Assembly: GCA_016748015.1 (NCBI GenBank)
Contig: JAAOMT010000529.1
Coordinates: 128,848-192,847, forward strand
Length of the DNA: 64,000 nucleotides
Origin: Geosiphon pyriformis uo1
Taxonomy: Eukaryota > Fungi > Glomeromycota
Reading direction: 5' to 3'
This document shows positions 27,806 through 41,691 of this stretch, in pieces; the first letter of the stretch is position 1; each line of letters starts with the position of its first letter. Position numbers and translations under genes: made by a program. Under the pieces are notes generated by a model. It had not been told where the DNA came from and searched no databases. It saw only the letters and a list, made by a program, of their open reading frames with translations.

Positions 27806-29155
27806 CTGCAAATGCAGACATTGGAGTTAAGGTCGCTGAACTTTTGTCCTTTATTTTAACTGAACTGCAAGCTATAGTGTTGGCTTTGGAGTGTGTTTTA
27901 TTTTTATGCTTAATGGTTTTGTACTTGAATAGTTAATCTGCAATTGATGTCTGCATTTCCAAAGCTTTTTTGACTACACCTGACTTCTGTAACCAATGTT
28001 GGATCAAAAGATTGCAAATTGTCAATCTCCTTAAAAACAAGAATATTTCAATCAAGTGAGTGAAGGTTAAAGGACATTCAAATATATTGGGCAATGTAAG
28101 AACTGATATGTTAGCTAAAGAGGCTACTTTTTCATCTTTTTCTTTGCCAGTTAAAATCTGGAAGAGATTTTTGGTCACTGAAAAAACTGTCATATCTGGC
28201 AATGCTCGTCATTTTGCTCAGGACTTATACCAGTCAATATGTTGTGTCTATTGAAAGACTGATCTGGGTTTTAATATAGTTCCGAATGTTATAATTAAGA
28301 AAATAGATTGGGATGCTACTGTGACAATTTGGTATTCTGATTCACACATGTTCTCTGAGTTTACCAATAGGAAGTCAGCCAATTTATGCACATATATGAT
28401 AAAGACTATATATAAGCAGCTGCCAGTTGCTATTAGAAAAAGATTGTATAACAGAAGTTATCCTGGTGTTTTGTGTTTGCTGTGTGGCGAGATGAAGTTT
28501 TTTGATCATGTTTTCACTTGCTCTGGTAACTTTGATCTCCATAGAAACATTTTGGTTGAAGCTGCTGAGAAATAGATATTGATGTCTGGTCTTTTGAGTT
28601 CATCTTCGTCTGCTATTCTGCTTTCGCTCTCATTATGTTCTTCAGATATAAGTCTTTATACAGTAGTGTGCAAGAGTTTTGTAATAAAAAATTGGTATGC
28701 TGAAGCTGTTTCAGTTTTTAAGGAAAAAAAGAAAGCTACTCAGACCCTTGTGGAATACATCAGATTTATAGTGGAGTTGCAATACACTTATATATGGACT
28801 ATTAAGACCAAGCATAGAGCAAAGATAGAAAAGACTGACTTGGTTGGGAATAATGGTGTGGTTTTTGGCTTGTTCAGTGATGTAGTTTTTACATTGTCAA
28901 CTGGTATTGTCCACATGCTTGGTATTATGAAATCTTTTGCTGTTAGGTTTGGTAGACACAAATTGTGTTGTTTTTTCTCTAATTTGAATGGTGATGCTTT
29001 TGTTAACATAGGTGTATAGTGTTGTTTTGTCTGGTTTGAGTGGCTGGTCATATGTAGTCTGTGTATGAGCTGCATTTAGTTGGTTCTACTTAGTTTGGTT
29101 CTATGTACTAGATAGTGGTTGGACTTTATTTGTAAAACTTATAATAATAAAAAAA
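27806..29155 (+). mobile_element. 5'-truncated LINE: 3' end of ORF2 with RNase H and CCHC knuckle, 3' UTR and A-rich tail
   Basis: ELQAIVLALE...VKVKGHSNILGNVRTDMLAK (RNase H), CLLCGEMKFFDHVFTC (CCHC); stop at 29019; ataataataaaaaaa tail near 29141-29155. Interrupted by stop codons. Confidence 0.85.
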
Positions 29156-31490
29156 TTATTTTATTTTAAAATTACAAAATTTGTTATGTTAAATTATTAT
29201 TATTTTTTAAATTTTTTTAAGTTATTTTTGTGTGTTAGTCAATTTTAATATTAAAATAAAATTTATAATTGTTATTTATAATAGTTTTAAAACCAAATTA
29301 ATTGCTTTTTTTATGATTTTTTAATTTTAAAATCAATAATATAATTTTTTAAATAAATAATCAAACTATTTTATTTTTTTATTTTTTTAGTAATATTATC
29401 AGGCAGAAATACAGCTTTTTATACAAAAATTAATTGGTTTATTTTAATTATATTAATTATAATTACAATTAATATTATTAATATATAATTAAAACTTTAA
29501 AATTAATTATTTAAATTCAATTATTTAAGTTATTAATTTCCAAAAAAATAAAATATTAAGTAAATTTATAATTAAATTAATTAATTTATATACATAAAAT
29601 AGTCTTAACAGAATATATAAGTTTAATATAATTTAAAAAAAGATAAATTTTATACTAAGTTAATTTTTATTATAGTTTTATAATAAGTAATAAGTTTTTT
29701 CTTCTATTAATTTTTTATGTTTTTAAATTTGGGTATTTAAATATTATATCTTTTTAATAACCAATTAAAAAAATTCTGGTTTACTTAATAATATAGCATT
29801 GGTTTTTTGTCGTTTGTATTTTTTGTAGTTTTAATAAAATTTGATGATTTTTTTTAAAAAATATAACATTAAACTGGTTTTTATTTAAAAACAAACATTA
29901 AATAAGATTTTTTTCTTAAATTTTTAAATACTCTTTTCTGTTTTTAAATTTTGTAATTATAAATAAAATAAATTTATACACTATATTTATATTATTACAA
30001 ATAATAATATAAAATATGTTAATTTTTATTGCCAAGTAAAATTATTGTCTTTATAAAAAGTTTGGAAGATTTGTAATTTTACTTAAGTAACAGTAATTTA
30101 GATTTCTGTTTTTATTAATAACAAATTTATTTTTGTGGTAAGTGTAAAACAAAATGTTTTTGAAAAAAAATAAATTTAAAAATTTATACAATTAACAATT
30201 AGTTATTGTAAGACTTAACAAATACATTATTTAATCAAACAATTATTAATATAATTGCTACCGGAACAATTTACAAAACTAAATGTCAACTAAAATATCA
30301 AAAAAAAACCGAGAAATACTAAAAGCACCAAATTATTTCCATTTTTCAATTAAAAAAACAGATATTTAGTTTAAATACCTTAAAAAACCAATAAACCATT
30401 TTTGTAACAATGCATTATTAGCAAAAAAATAATTCTTACATTTTTCCAAGAATCTTAAGTTGGCAAATTCCAGAGTGATTAAAATAGTAAAAAGAATAAT
30501 TTACAAACATTGGTTGCCAACAGCTAAAATTCGCACTGGATTTAAAGCAGCTGATTTGATTGAACCAGATGATGTGGTGATATTGAAAAGTGGCTAAAGT
30601 CTGATTATTAAAGAAAGACTGAGCACAGACCATAAAATTTGGATGGATTTACTAAAAAATCATAATTGTTTAAGCCTAAGTGGTCGGATGTTTGTTCTTA
30701 ATGTAATATAGTCTTGACTGGTCCAGGTAGTTACGTGTAAAAAGCGTACAATCAATCCTTTTTTACTTTAAAGACATGTATATAATCTATGTACGTATAT
30801 AGTGATTGGACCACACTAATTTTCCAATTTGTTTAACTTTATTTCCAAGTATAGAAATAAAAAAATGGTTTAAATTTTCAACTCATCACAACACTACCAA
30901 TTGTTAAATGTAATACAGACTGGTGATAAAACCAAGTGTTTAAAAAAGTGTGACTTGTGTGTAAATAAAGACGGGAATGGCGTCTGTAAAATTTAATCAT
31001 GATTATATTTAATGAATACAAAACTCGAATTGATTTTATCTATTTTCATCCGATATCTCAGGCATAAAAATTAAAGATTAAAAGCAATTCGCAATTTGGT
31101 ATTTAGCGAAAGGAGCTGGAGCTTAGCTCCAGAATCAAAAGTGAATATTCAAGTACCGTAACCAATATTAGTCCTGGAGGGGATGGGAAGGAATGGAGGG
31201 AATAGGATTGCTTAAAAAAAAAAGCTACAGGCAAAGGAATAAAAAATAAAAGCCAAGTGATACCAGCAACTGGCGGATACCAAAGCGCGGGCAATTCGAA
31301 TGGAGGAGTTGTTATTAAACCACAATGGGTTATTATTACTGGAAAGGAAAGGGGAAAATGACACAAGGAACAATTATCTTCCGCCTTTCATCCAAGTTCA
31401 AGACCGGAAAGTTTAAGGAGAGGAGGACAAGTCGACAAAAGCAATGCGATCAATGGTGGGAAAGGAAAATGAAATAGAGAAGCCTTGAGC

Positions 31491-32478
31491 CTATCTTCTT
31501 CTTCTTCTTCTACCATCCGCATTAAGCCCATTGATACCGTCAACGCGGCGTTTGGGTTCTTCGATTCCCATTTCTTTTCCATCAATAAACAATAAACCTT
31601 GTTCGACAGCTTTTTCATAACTGTCCTTTGAAGCAAAGGTAGCAAATGCGCAATGCTATAAAAAATGAAAATTTTAAGTATTTGTGATAAATAAAAGATA
31701 ATCACGAGATTCTCTTACTTTAGTGGTTATCATATCGATCTCAAGAACACGGCCAAATTGTTCTTCGAGGCTACGTTTCAACTTAGCTTTACTTATATCG
31801 TCAGTAACGTGTCCAATATAGGCTCTATTTTCTGGAAAAAATAGCTAAAAGTCAGCAAGAATTCAACATCTAACAGAGAGGACTTTATGATAGAGATCGC
31901 AACCTCTTATAGAGGAGTTATCACTTCCTGAAATCCACTCAGCTTCACCCTCCCAATCTCCATCATCTATAAATGTCCACATAAAAATTAATTTTTTAGT
32001 GGTAATGAGCCATCAGACGCCGCAAATAACCATTAATAAAATGGATGAGGTTCTAAAGAAAAGACATACTATGTCTGTCCCTTTCCGAAGGAGCGACTCC
32101 TTCATTGTGATGATTAATAGAGGAACTGGTAGAATTGTTTAACCCATTGAGGCTTCCGTTAGACTTTCCCTTATTTGAGGAACTTGCTAAATAGAGGCAA
32201 GCAAAAAAAACAATAATTGTCTTGAAAATGCATCAGTAAGGTCTTCAAGTAAATCGGGTGCAATTGCTATTTCAGCTATTAAAAAGGTTATTACCATGAA
32301 CAAGATCCCTATAGCCTCTCAAAGCCTCCTCCTTAGCAGCTATAAGCTCTTTTTGGACTTGAATAAGGGAATCTGACAAGTGTGTAATCTTGTCGTCCTT
32401 CGCTTTTATGATACTGTCTTTTAGTTCCAATTGAAGTTTAAGAACTTGACAGCTCGGACAAGTTTCACTACGACTCAT
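31491..32478 (-). CDS. ~210-aa protein with N-terminal CxxC + coiled coil and C-terminal RRM; 5 exons
   Basis: Manual splicing (first intron 32187-32294, all GT-AG) gives MSRSETCPSCQVLKLQLELKD...ENRAYIGHV (RNP2)...EQFGRV...KHCAFATF (RNP1)...GIEEPKRR...GRRRRR* with frame kept across all four introns. Confidence 0.8.
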
Positions 32479-32818
32479 CCTCAAGATTGTCTTTGCAAAT
32501 AAAAACTTGAAGCGGGTTTCAACGAAGAGGGAGACGCTGTACAAAAGAAGGCTCAGGGAGCGACAAATATCGTGCCAAAAATGTTTGCAGTTTTGGAGTT
32601 ACGCCTACGTGAACTGTTGATCTGGCCATTGATGTGCCAATCAGGGACCACTTTCACGTGTAACCTATCAGGTCATATGACTCTGAAGGGAGAAAAACAT
32701 TTCAAGTTACACAATTTGAGTGTAGGTTTTTGCTCGAACTTTTGAACTTTCCTAAACCTGCGTGAATTTGCCCTTTTTCAAAGTAAAGTAACTCAAGTTT
32801 CCAATTTTCAAACTAAAA

Positions 32819-33922
32819 ATGTCTAGTTCCAAAGATACTAATACCGTACTTTCAGACGAAGCGGAGAATTTGGTACAACGTGGGGAAGAAAAAACACAAG
32901 ATTCACCACATTCTGGTGCCGACTTCCTAAAAGTCTATACGCAGGTTCCTAATGAGAGTGAGAATTTAACAGTTGAGGAGTTGGAACAAGAAAGATCAAT
33001 CGATAATCACATTTTGGAAAGTAATCCTCAAAAAGAATATGAAAATCCCACTAATCACTTTGCATATGAAAGCAATACTGATTCAACTGAAAAACAAGAC
33101 TTAAACGTAAATCTGATCCATCAAAGTGCTCTTGCTTTTAGTGCATCGGCATGGCAAGCTGTGTGGGATGAAAATGTGCAAGCTTTTTATTATTGGAATA
33201 CTTTGACCAACGAAACCACTTGGGAAGTCCCCTCTAATTACATTAATACAGTCAATGCAACCACAAACCAAGAATCATCGATTGAGAATGCTGCCAATAA
33301 TGCACATTATCCCCCTACTACTGGTGAAGCTTATTATAATGACTATTATTCGCAATATGGGTATTACCCAGAAGCATATTACGCATACGACACAAGCAGC
33401 TCTCCTACTGTAAATGCGGTAGAATCCACAAATCCACTCGATACTCTCCTTGACAAAATTGACACAGAAATAAAGTCGAAGCTTGACGGTACCAATTCTG
33501 TTGGGTCTACCAGCTTTTCTTCCGTTTCGGAGACCTATGTTTCACCTGATGGAACAATAGGGGACCATTACCAGGATCCAGCAGCAGCAGCAGAAAATGC
33601 AGCCGATTATGATACTTTTCTGGCACAACACGGTATTGGAGGTGATTACACGCTCAAAGCGCGGTTCAACTCACGAACAGGCAGATTTCAACGTGATCCG
33701 ACACTGAACCCCGAAAGGTTCTCAGCCGATTCAAAAGCGGTTCGACAAATGTCTTATTTTTTCGATTATGAATCTTTTTCACAGGAGAGAGGGGCAAAAC
33801 GGTTAAAGGGAGATGGTGAGAAGAATAAGAAATTAACTAAACGACAATTGGAAGTACTAAAACAAAAAAAGAAAGAGAAAAAAGAAATGAGAAAAAAAGC
33901 GTGGTTAATGGGCGATGATTAA
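32819..33922 (+). CDS. WW-domain protein with conserved fungal-type basic C-terminus (367 aa, single exon)
   Basis: WQAVWDENVQAFYYWNTLTNETTWEVP (WW domain); C-terminal RFNSRTGRFQ...RQMSYFFD...KKLTKRQL...KKAWL. Confidence 0.88.
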   Translation: MSSSKDTNTVLSDEAENLVQRGEEKTQDSPHSGADFLKVYTQVPNESENLTVEELEQERSIDNHILESNPQKEYENPTNHFAYESNTDSTEKQDLNVNLIHQSALAFSASAWQAVWDENVQAFYYWNTLTNETTWEVPSNYINTVNATTNQESSIENAANNAHYPPTTGEAYYNDYYSQYGYYPEAYYAYDTSSSPTVNAVESTNPLDTLLDKIDTEIKSKLDGTNSVGSTSFSSVSETYVSPDGTIGDHYQDPAAAAENAADYDTFLAQHGIGGDYTLKARFNSRTGRFQRDPTLNPERFSADSKAVRQMSYFFDYESFSQERGAKRLKGDGEKNKKLTKRQLEVLKQKKKEKKEMRKKAWLMGDD

Positions 33923-34119
33923 GATTTTATAGAGATTAGTCAAGTTGTTAAGTGGTTTAACTTTTAAATCGCAATCTTTAAATATGGCAGATTTTTGAGT
34001 AATCACTTTGCTAATTTCACATCTAGTATAATAAGTATTATTGCCATGAATCGTAAAATAATTATTAAATTGTCAGGCATAATCATGGTTAAAACTTATT
34101 TATTTATAAATAAAATAAT

Positions 34120-34193
34120 TGTCTCGTGTCGGATTCGAACCGACGACCGTCTGTGTGTTAGACAGACGTGATAACCAACTACACCAACGAGAC
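34120..34193 (-). tRNA. tRNA-Val(AAC), intronless
   Basis: Minus strand GTCTCGT...ACGAGAC-A acceptor stem; anticodon arm TCTGT-CTAACAC-ACAGA; T arm GTCGG-TTCGAAT-CCGAC. Confidence 0.97.
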
Positions 34194-35551
34194 GCTTATT
34201 GTAGTATTTGCGACAATTTTTGTAAAATAAATAAATAATAGTATACTTGACACGTTACGTAATTTAGTAAATAAGCAAGAGTATTTTAGTTAACTTAATA
34301 TATACACTGAAAAAAAATAAAGAATAAAAACTAATATTCTGTCAATAGTTATAATTAAAGACTATTGATTTAAGATATTAGTAAAAAATACAAGTTGTAT
34401 TTAATAAAACTAAGTTGCTTTAATTTATATAATAATAAATGTTTTATTAATCAATAATATAACAAAAAAATTAATATTTATTAAATAACAATTTTTTTTT
34501 CAAAATTTATATTTTGTTATTTGTTATTAAAATTTATATTTATTATAATAAATTTTTTATGTATTTATTTATTATAATAACAAATATAATTTAATTATTA
34601 TTTAAGACTATATAATATATAGTTTATAAATTAAATATAATTTATGTTTTTGCTATATATAATTAGTTATTTAAATTAATTAAAACTATATTATATTTTT
34701 AAAACTGAATTTAAAGAATATATATTATCAAATAAATTATAATTATTAAATTAAACACCAAAAATTATATAATTAATAATATTTATATTAAAATAAATTA
34801 ATAAATATTTATTATATAAAAAACACATAATTTTCTGATAATATTTAGAATTATAAAATTATTACCAATAATTAATCTTAAGTTTTTATATTTAAAAACC
34901 AAATATATTTATAATTAAATATTAAATTAATAATATTTACAATTATTAATTTATTAAATAAAAATTATTTTATAAATTTAATATATTAAGTTTTAAATAT
35001 TTTTTGATTTTATAACTATAATTAAAACAAAGAATAAAAAAGTTTTAAATATTTTTATAATTAATAAAGTTTTAATAAAAAAAGAATTTTCTATTATTAA
35101 AGCAACTAAATAAAATGTTTTGACAATATTTTTTTAAATATTAATAATAAAAACTTCAAAAAACAGTAGTAATTATTTGTATTTACTATTATTACATTAA
35201 ATTTTTTTGTAATTTCAAATAAAATCTTGGATAAAATTTTTATAGTTATATTTAATTTTTTTTTAATATAAACAATAACAATAATAATATGTTTTAAAAT
35301 AAATTAATATTAATTATTAGTTGTTTACCAAATATAATATCTTTTAATAAATTATTATTAATTCTAAAAACAAAATAAAATAAAACATGTTTTTAACTAA
35401 TTAATTTATTAAATTATAATTTTAAAATTTAAACTGATTAAATAAAAATAGAATTAATTTTTTTTTGTTTTTTGGTATTATTTTTAATAATATTTAAAAA
35501 ATAATTTCAGTTATTAAAAATTTTTTAAATAAGTAATTTTTGTTTTTGTGT

Positions 35552-36429
35552 TGTTACAAGTGTTTATTTGGGGTCTCAAATCAAATAACAAACTCATAAC
35601 TTGGTGCTTGGTAAATGTTCTGATTGATAATTTGATCTGGGGTTGTTGGTATTTGAAAGTATTGTTATCTGAAGGTTTTAATTGAGTTCTTTGTATAATG
35701 AACAGAGATTTAATAGTGTTTATCTGTAGCTTTCCAAAATCGCAGTTTTGTTAATTTCTTTTTCAGTGTGATGGCCAGTATTTCTCCTGGTAAGCTATCC
35801 TCAATTGAGTATTCTACTTTTATTCCTGGGTCTTTTACCAGTCACTTTGACATCAGTATTCTGTGTATTATTCTCTTTTAATCAATTAGTACACAACAAT
35901 AAAATCACAGAAATAAAATAAAGAAAAACAAAAACAAAAAAAAATAAAGAAAATAAGCCAAGACAATTTGTAAGTTAGTATCCTGTCAATAGCCATGATC
36001 AAGAGCTATTGTTCCAATATGGTTAAGTATTACTTGTTATTAACATAAAGTGTTAATAGTGAAGAGTGAAATTAGAAATAGTAAATAATTATTTATTGAT
36101 ATTTGTGATATTGAAAAGTTGTTTAGATCAAATCTAAACTGAGAGGTCTGTCTTTTCTACTTCTAATATTACTGCTATATATACATAATTGAGATTCCTC
36201 AATTCTTCAATTCTTTACACCAGAAATCTTGGAATTCCTGGAATTCTGCAATTTCTTTTGAGAGGAATTCTGAAATTCTGCAATTCTGCAATTCCTTGTA
36301 TGAGAATTCTAAAATTCTTGGAATTCTATAATTTTTCTTGAGAGGAATCCTGGAATTCCACATTTACTATGGCTACTTCTGATTGGCTAATTTATATGCT
36401 AATATACTTTCTATATTTTATGAGTAACA
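35552..36429 (-). mobile_element. Solo LTR, gypsy family B variant with internal GAATTC-type tandem array
   Basis: TGTTACA...GAGTAACA termini; TSD GTGT/ATGT; colinear with 46628-47240; array at ~36195-36362. Confidence 0.9.
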
Positions 36430-39400
36430 ATGTTTAATATTATGTTTAAAATTAAATTGGCCTTAGTTAATTTTTTATTTAAGTTGTTGTCTGATTTTTT
36501 TAAGCTTAAATTAATTTTAAAAAACAATATTAAGTTGTTTTGTATAGATTTTATTTCTTAAACTGCTTTAGTTACTATTATTAAAGTTTTTATTAATGAT
36601 TTTTTTTGTTTATTTATATTTAAGATTACAAAGTTTTTTGTAATAATTTTTGATTTTTTTTCTAAATTTTTATAGTATTTTATAATATTTTTTAATATTT
36701 TTTTTGATAATATTAAAAATGATTATGTTTTTAGTATTGTTATTTTAGTTTGGTTAAAGTTTATAAATTTATAATAATATGTTATTATTTAATTTAAGAA
36801 TTTTTTTGCTGTTGTTATTTTTGTTTGCTAATTTATATTAATAAAAAAGAATAATATTAAGATTTTTTTTATTTAATTAAAAAGAAATTATTTAAAAGAC
36901 ATTTTTATAGCCAAATTAATCAATTTTTTTGAAATTTAGATTTTTTAAGTTAGTAGTTATATTTGTTTTATTTTTTACTTTTTTAATTTATATTATTGTT
37001 AATGTTTTATTATTATAATTTTTAAGTCTTTAAAAATTATAAATTTTGTTATTTTTAATACTAATATTTTATATAAAACTTAATTAAAAATTTTTAGATA
37101 TTATTATTGCTACAAATATTAAAATTTAAACTATTTAATTATAAATTATAAATTATTTTTATTTTTTCAAGTTTATTTTTAAGTTTACTGATTGTTTTAA
37201 TGTTTTTAAATTATTTCTTATTAATACAAAATTTTATGTTAAAACTATTTCTTTTTTGGTTTTTTTGTTATGTCTTTGATTGTTTTTACTGCTAATTTTA
37301 TTTAATTCAAGACTAAATTTTTTAAAATTTCAGATTTTTAATTTGGCTATATTAATTTATTATTAACTTATTAATTTTTTGGTTATTTTGACTACTGTTT
37401 TTTTGGCTAAAAATTTACATAAAAATTTTAAAATAAAAAAAAATTTAATTATAATAAATACTATTATAATTTATATTAAACTTTTGATTAGTTTGTTTAA
37501 AAAATTTATTAATTTTAAAGCTAAGATAAAATTTAATAATACAAATAAAATTAAAAATAATATTGTTAAATTATCTTTTTTAAATAATAATATTACTGAT
37601 TATTTGATTACTTTATAATTTTAATATTAAGAATAATATTAAAAAAATTAGATTGTTTTTTAGTAAGTTTATTTTGATAATTAAAATTTAAATAATATTA
37701 TAAAAAGCTTTAATATATTAAATTTATTTTTAGTTTTTTTTAGCTTAGTTTAATTAGTGTCTTAACTAACAAAATAATTAATTATATATAAAAAACATAT
37801 AACCTTACACAAAAATTTATGAATAAAATTTTTTTTATATTTAATATAATTAATATTTAAATAAACAAAATTATATAATTATTTTTAAATAACAACTAAT
37901 AACTTTTTATGTAAAATTTTTGTTAAAAAAAAGTTTTTTTATTTATTCAGTACAATAAAATCAAATCTTTTTTGCTTAATTACAAGACTATTGTTAATTT
38001 TAGTATTATTATTATAAAAAAGTTTATTAAGAATTTTGGTCTTAATAGTAATAGCAAACAAATTTTTTTTAGAAAAAAAAAAGAGATAATATATTGGAAA
38101 ACAGTATTGAGAACAAAATAATTTTTGTTAAGATATTGAATGATTATACTTGGAGTTTTGAAACTGGTAATACTACTGAATCCAATAATATTAATATAAA
38201 AAAAAAGTGTTTGATAGAGAAAACTAGTGTTGATTATGATAAAAACAATGTTTTTAATAAAGAAAAGTTTAACCAAACACCAAAAGATCCATAAATTAAG
38301 ACCAAGAAAGCATTGAAAATGTCTTTGTAGAAAATTAATTTCTTGAATAATACAGATAATAATATTTTATTAGATGTTCTGCCAGCTTTTTTTTTTTCTC
38401 AAAAATCTGGTTAATATTTTGTTAGAAAATTATTTGTTCTGAATATTAATTTGAATAATATTGTTAAGAAATTTTCTTAAGACAAACTTTTAACAATCAA
38501 GAAATTATTTTCAAAAATCAATAGTTTTGGAAAAGTGTTTATCTTCTTAAAATTTGCTGAAATTATCAAAGTGACATTTATTTCTGAATTTAATTTGACA
38601 TAGACAACTGAATTGGCAAAAGCTAAGAATATTATTGTGAACACTAATCTCAAAAAATCAACAATATATTTAAATCAGACTGTAGTAATAAAAAATCCCA
38701 ATTAGAATGTTGATTAATGCTGTGCATATTGCACTATTCGAATTTGAAAAGATTAAGTCAATCAAAATACAACTGATAGGACTGTGGCAAAAGACTATGA
38801 TTAAATTTGGTTATTTAGATCATGCTAATTTAGTTGCAATAATATAATCTGTCTTAATTAGAAAGAATACAGTATGTATAGCCAAAGCTAACATTAACAA
38901 AAAATTTTGGGATGCAAAAGACAAGAATAGGATGCTGTTTTACATGTTGCTAATAGAAATAAATACTCATAATATATAAAAGTTTATTGGTTTTGTAAGT
39001 GGAAAAACATGTATTATAAATTGTTATTCAGTTATATATGTCTAAGCTAAATGTACAGTAATCTGTTTTAATTTTATTAAATCATTAAAAACTGTCATAA
39101 AAACCATGCTAGTATTAAAAGACACTAATTTGTATTGGTTTTGCTTGAATTTGGCTAAATATATAAAATATGGAAATTCAAGTCATATATTATTAAGCTG
39201 TACTATAAGTAAAAAAGTGTTTTCTGGTAGCTTAACTTGTAAAAACTTATTAGAAGCAAATAAAAGCAAACTGACAACTATTTATGCCAAACAATTGGCT
39301 TTTATACACATCTTATGTCTTTTAGTGGTGTTTTTTGAGTCAAAGTTGTTGATAAATTCTTATTTTTCTTCTTTTTATACAAAAAAATTTAGCAAATTTT

Positions 39401-39889
39401 AGCTTTTTTTCAAAAACAAAAGTCTTCTTACTTATATCAAAAAATTTAAATAATAAGTTTGCTGCTTTTAAGTACAGTTTTACTAATTTTGCAAAGCAAA
39501 TTAATAAGCTGGTTAAGAGATTAAACACACTTAGACCAATAGTTTTCCAGTCTAATTTTGAATGTTAGTCATTAATAGCCCTTTTATTACAGAATTAAAG
39601 AATGAATATAATAATAAATAAGGGTTTAGGTATGGCTATTAATAATAAGACTGTTATAAGAGCAATGTTTGTAAATTTATTAGTAGTTTTTAAATTGAAG
39701 AACAGTTTAATAAGTTTTTTAGATATATAGTGAACTCTCTTTATAATCACACCTTTTGGTTAGCATATTTGTGGTGACTATAGAGAGATGGGACTATAAA
39801 AAATGATCAATATCTTATCACATGATCTATATATCATATGTATAATATAATAACTAATTATATATATTTTATTTAAAAAAGCTATCTAT

Positions 39890-41427
39890 TTACAACTGGT
39901 TTTTCTCTTCTTGAACTTTGAGAACAGTATTACAAATTAATGTTTTCAAAGTTTTAAAAAAGTCTGAATCAACTTTTTCACTATACTGCTTTTTACAATA
40001 GCACAATGTATCTTCAAGTGCAATTTTACCTTGATGTATAGATAGCAAAGGCAAAGGTTCATCTTTATTTTTACTTTCTAAATCTTTATTTGCATTAGAA
40101 TTTCTATTATACTTGTTGTTAATAAAATTCACAATTTCATTCTCTAAGGCATAAGTGAATAATAGTTCAAACTTGTCAATATTAATAAAGTTTATTGTTA
40201 ATAGCTTATTAATATTAATGTGCTCAATAAGAACTTGTACTTTTTATAGGAGTTCTTGTTTAATATCTAATAGATGGGCTGGCATTTGACTATTATTTAG
40301 AATTCCCATATGATGCCAACAGTTTTGGATTGTAATTGTTGTTACTACTGACCATGCATCAATTAGAAAGTCAATTGCATCCTTTAATGTTACTGTTGAT
40401 ATTGGAATCTTGCCATTATACTGATTAATAAGATGGAAAAGAACAACTTTTGGTATTGTGCCTTAAAAGATGTAATAATTCTTGCATTTAATAATTGCAA
40501 ATGGGATGTTGTATTAGATGGTAGGTATCTAATCATAATATTAGATAATACGGAAGATTCTCTACCATGAGGACCAGCATTATCAAGCAATAGCAAAATC
40601 TTTTTTTTCTTGTGATGCATTTCTTCATTTAATAAATTAAGTCATTTACTAAAAATATTGGTTCACATCCATGCTTTTGTATTATAATAATAAGTGATTG
40701 GAAGTGCATTCATATTAATATTGTGAAAACATCATGGCTTTGCGGCTTTGCTGATAATTAAAGACTGTAACTTGATGCTGCCTATTGCATTACAAGCAAG
40801 AAGTATGGTAATTTAACTCTTATTATGCTTGGTGCCAGAGGTAGATCTTGTTGCCAAAGTTGCATTTGGTGGCATTCTAAAAAATAATGCTGTCTTATCA
40901 GCATTATAAACATTATTTAGATCATATTTATTAATAATCTCATGCAATTTCTTTCATTCCTCTGGTAAAATTTCCAAGGAAGCACTGTTTGCTTTGCCAT
41001 GCATCTTAATGTGGTGTAAATTATGACATTTTTTGAACTTTTCTAATCAACTATTTAATGCTTTAAAGTTATTTTCTTCCAAAAACTTTTCAGCAAACTT
41101 GAGGGCTTTTGTTTGTAAAATTTTTCCAGTAAGAATGCAGTTGGTAGTTAGTGCTCTAAGCATCCATTCTCCCAGTGCATCATTTATCTTTGGAAACATT
41201 TCTTTCCTGTCCTTTGTCAATTGACCAGAGTTGTTAGATACATTTTTTTCAATTCATTAGTCTGATTTTGCGAGTATCTTTGTTATAGTGAAGTGGTCAA
41301 TTTTTAGATTAAATATTTCAATAAGTCTATTTGCTAAGTAGTTAGGATGCTCTAGTTTGTACTGGCAGAGAGCTTTTTTAGTCTCCAAGGAGATTGCTGC
41401 TCGCTTTTGGTTCGCGTTTTTTGGCAT
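39890..41427 (-). pseudogene. pogo-family transposase (CENP-B-type HTH + DDE_1), inactivated
   Basis: MPKNANQKRAAISLETK...; NVYNADKTALF (D1 motif), KAWM, ILLLLDNAGPH (D2), LPSNTTSHLQLLNARII (decayed QPLD); several in-frame stops. Confidence 0.9.
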
Positions 41428-41691
41428 GTTAATAAGAACACACTTTTTATTGCATTTTGCTTTTATAACATGTTGATGTATCTGTTATGTTTCAAATGTC
41501 ATTTTGTCTTATATCTAATCAGACATGTAAGATGTCTCATGTCATATGAGGTGCCTCAGATTATAAAAAACGGCCAAATTACAAAAATAAAGATTTTAAT
41601 CCAACTGTAGGATTCTAAGTGCAAATAATAGATTCTCGGTAAAAAGAAACCTAATTTTGATAATGTATCTGCAACACTTTTTGTCTCTTAC

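Noticed and set aside
30436-31390. Short ORFs at 30436-30633 and 31103-31366
   Set aside because: No recognisable domain or convincing splice structure; probably UTR or intergenic DNA downstream of the RRM gene.
34330-35550. Ultra-AT tracts as a mitochondrial insertion, endosymbiont DNA or centromere
   Set aside because: No organellar or bacterial gene motifs and no satellite periodicity; terminal TE decay is the simpler explanation.
36195-36362. GAATTC array as heat-shock elements or a CRISPR-like array
   Set aside because: Spacing mostly does not fit nGAAnnTTCn, and there are no unique spacers or cas genes. It is an LTR-internal minisatellite.
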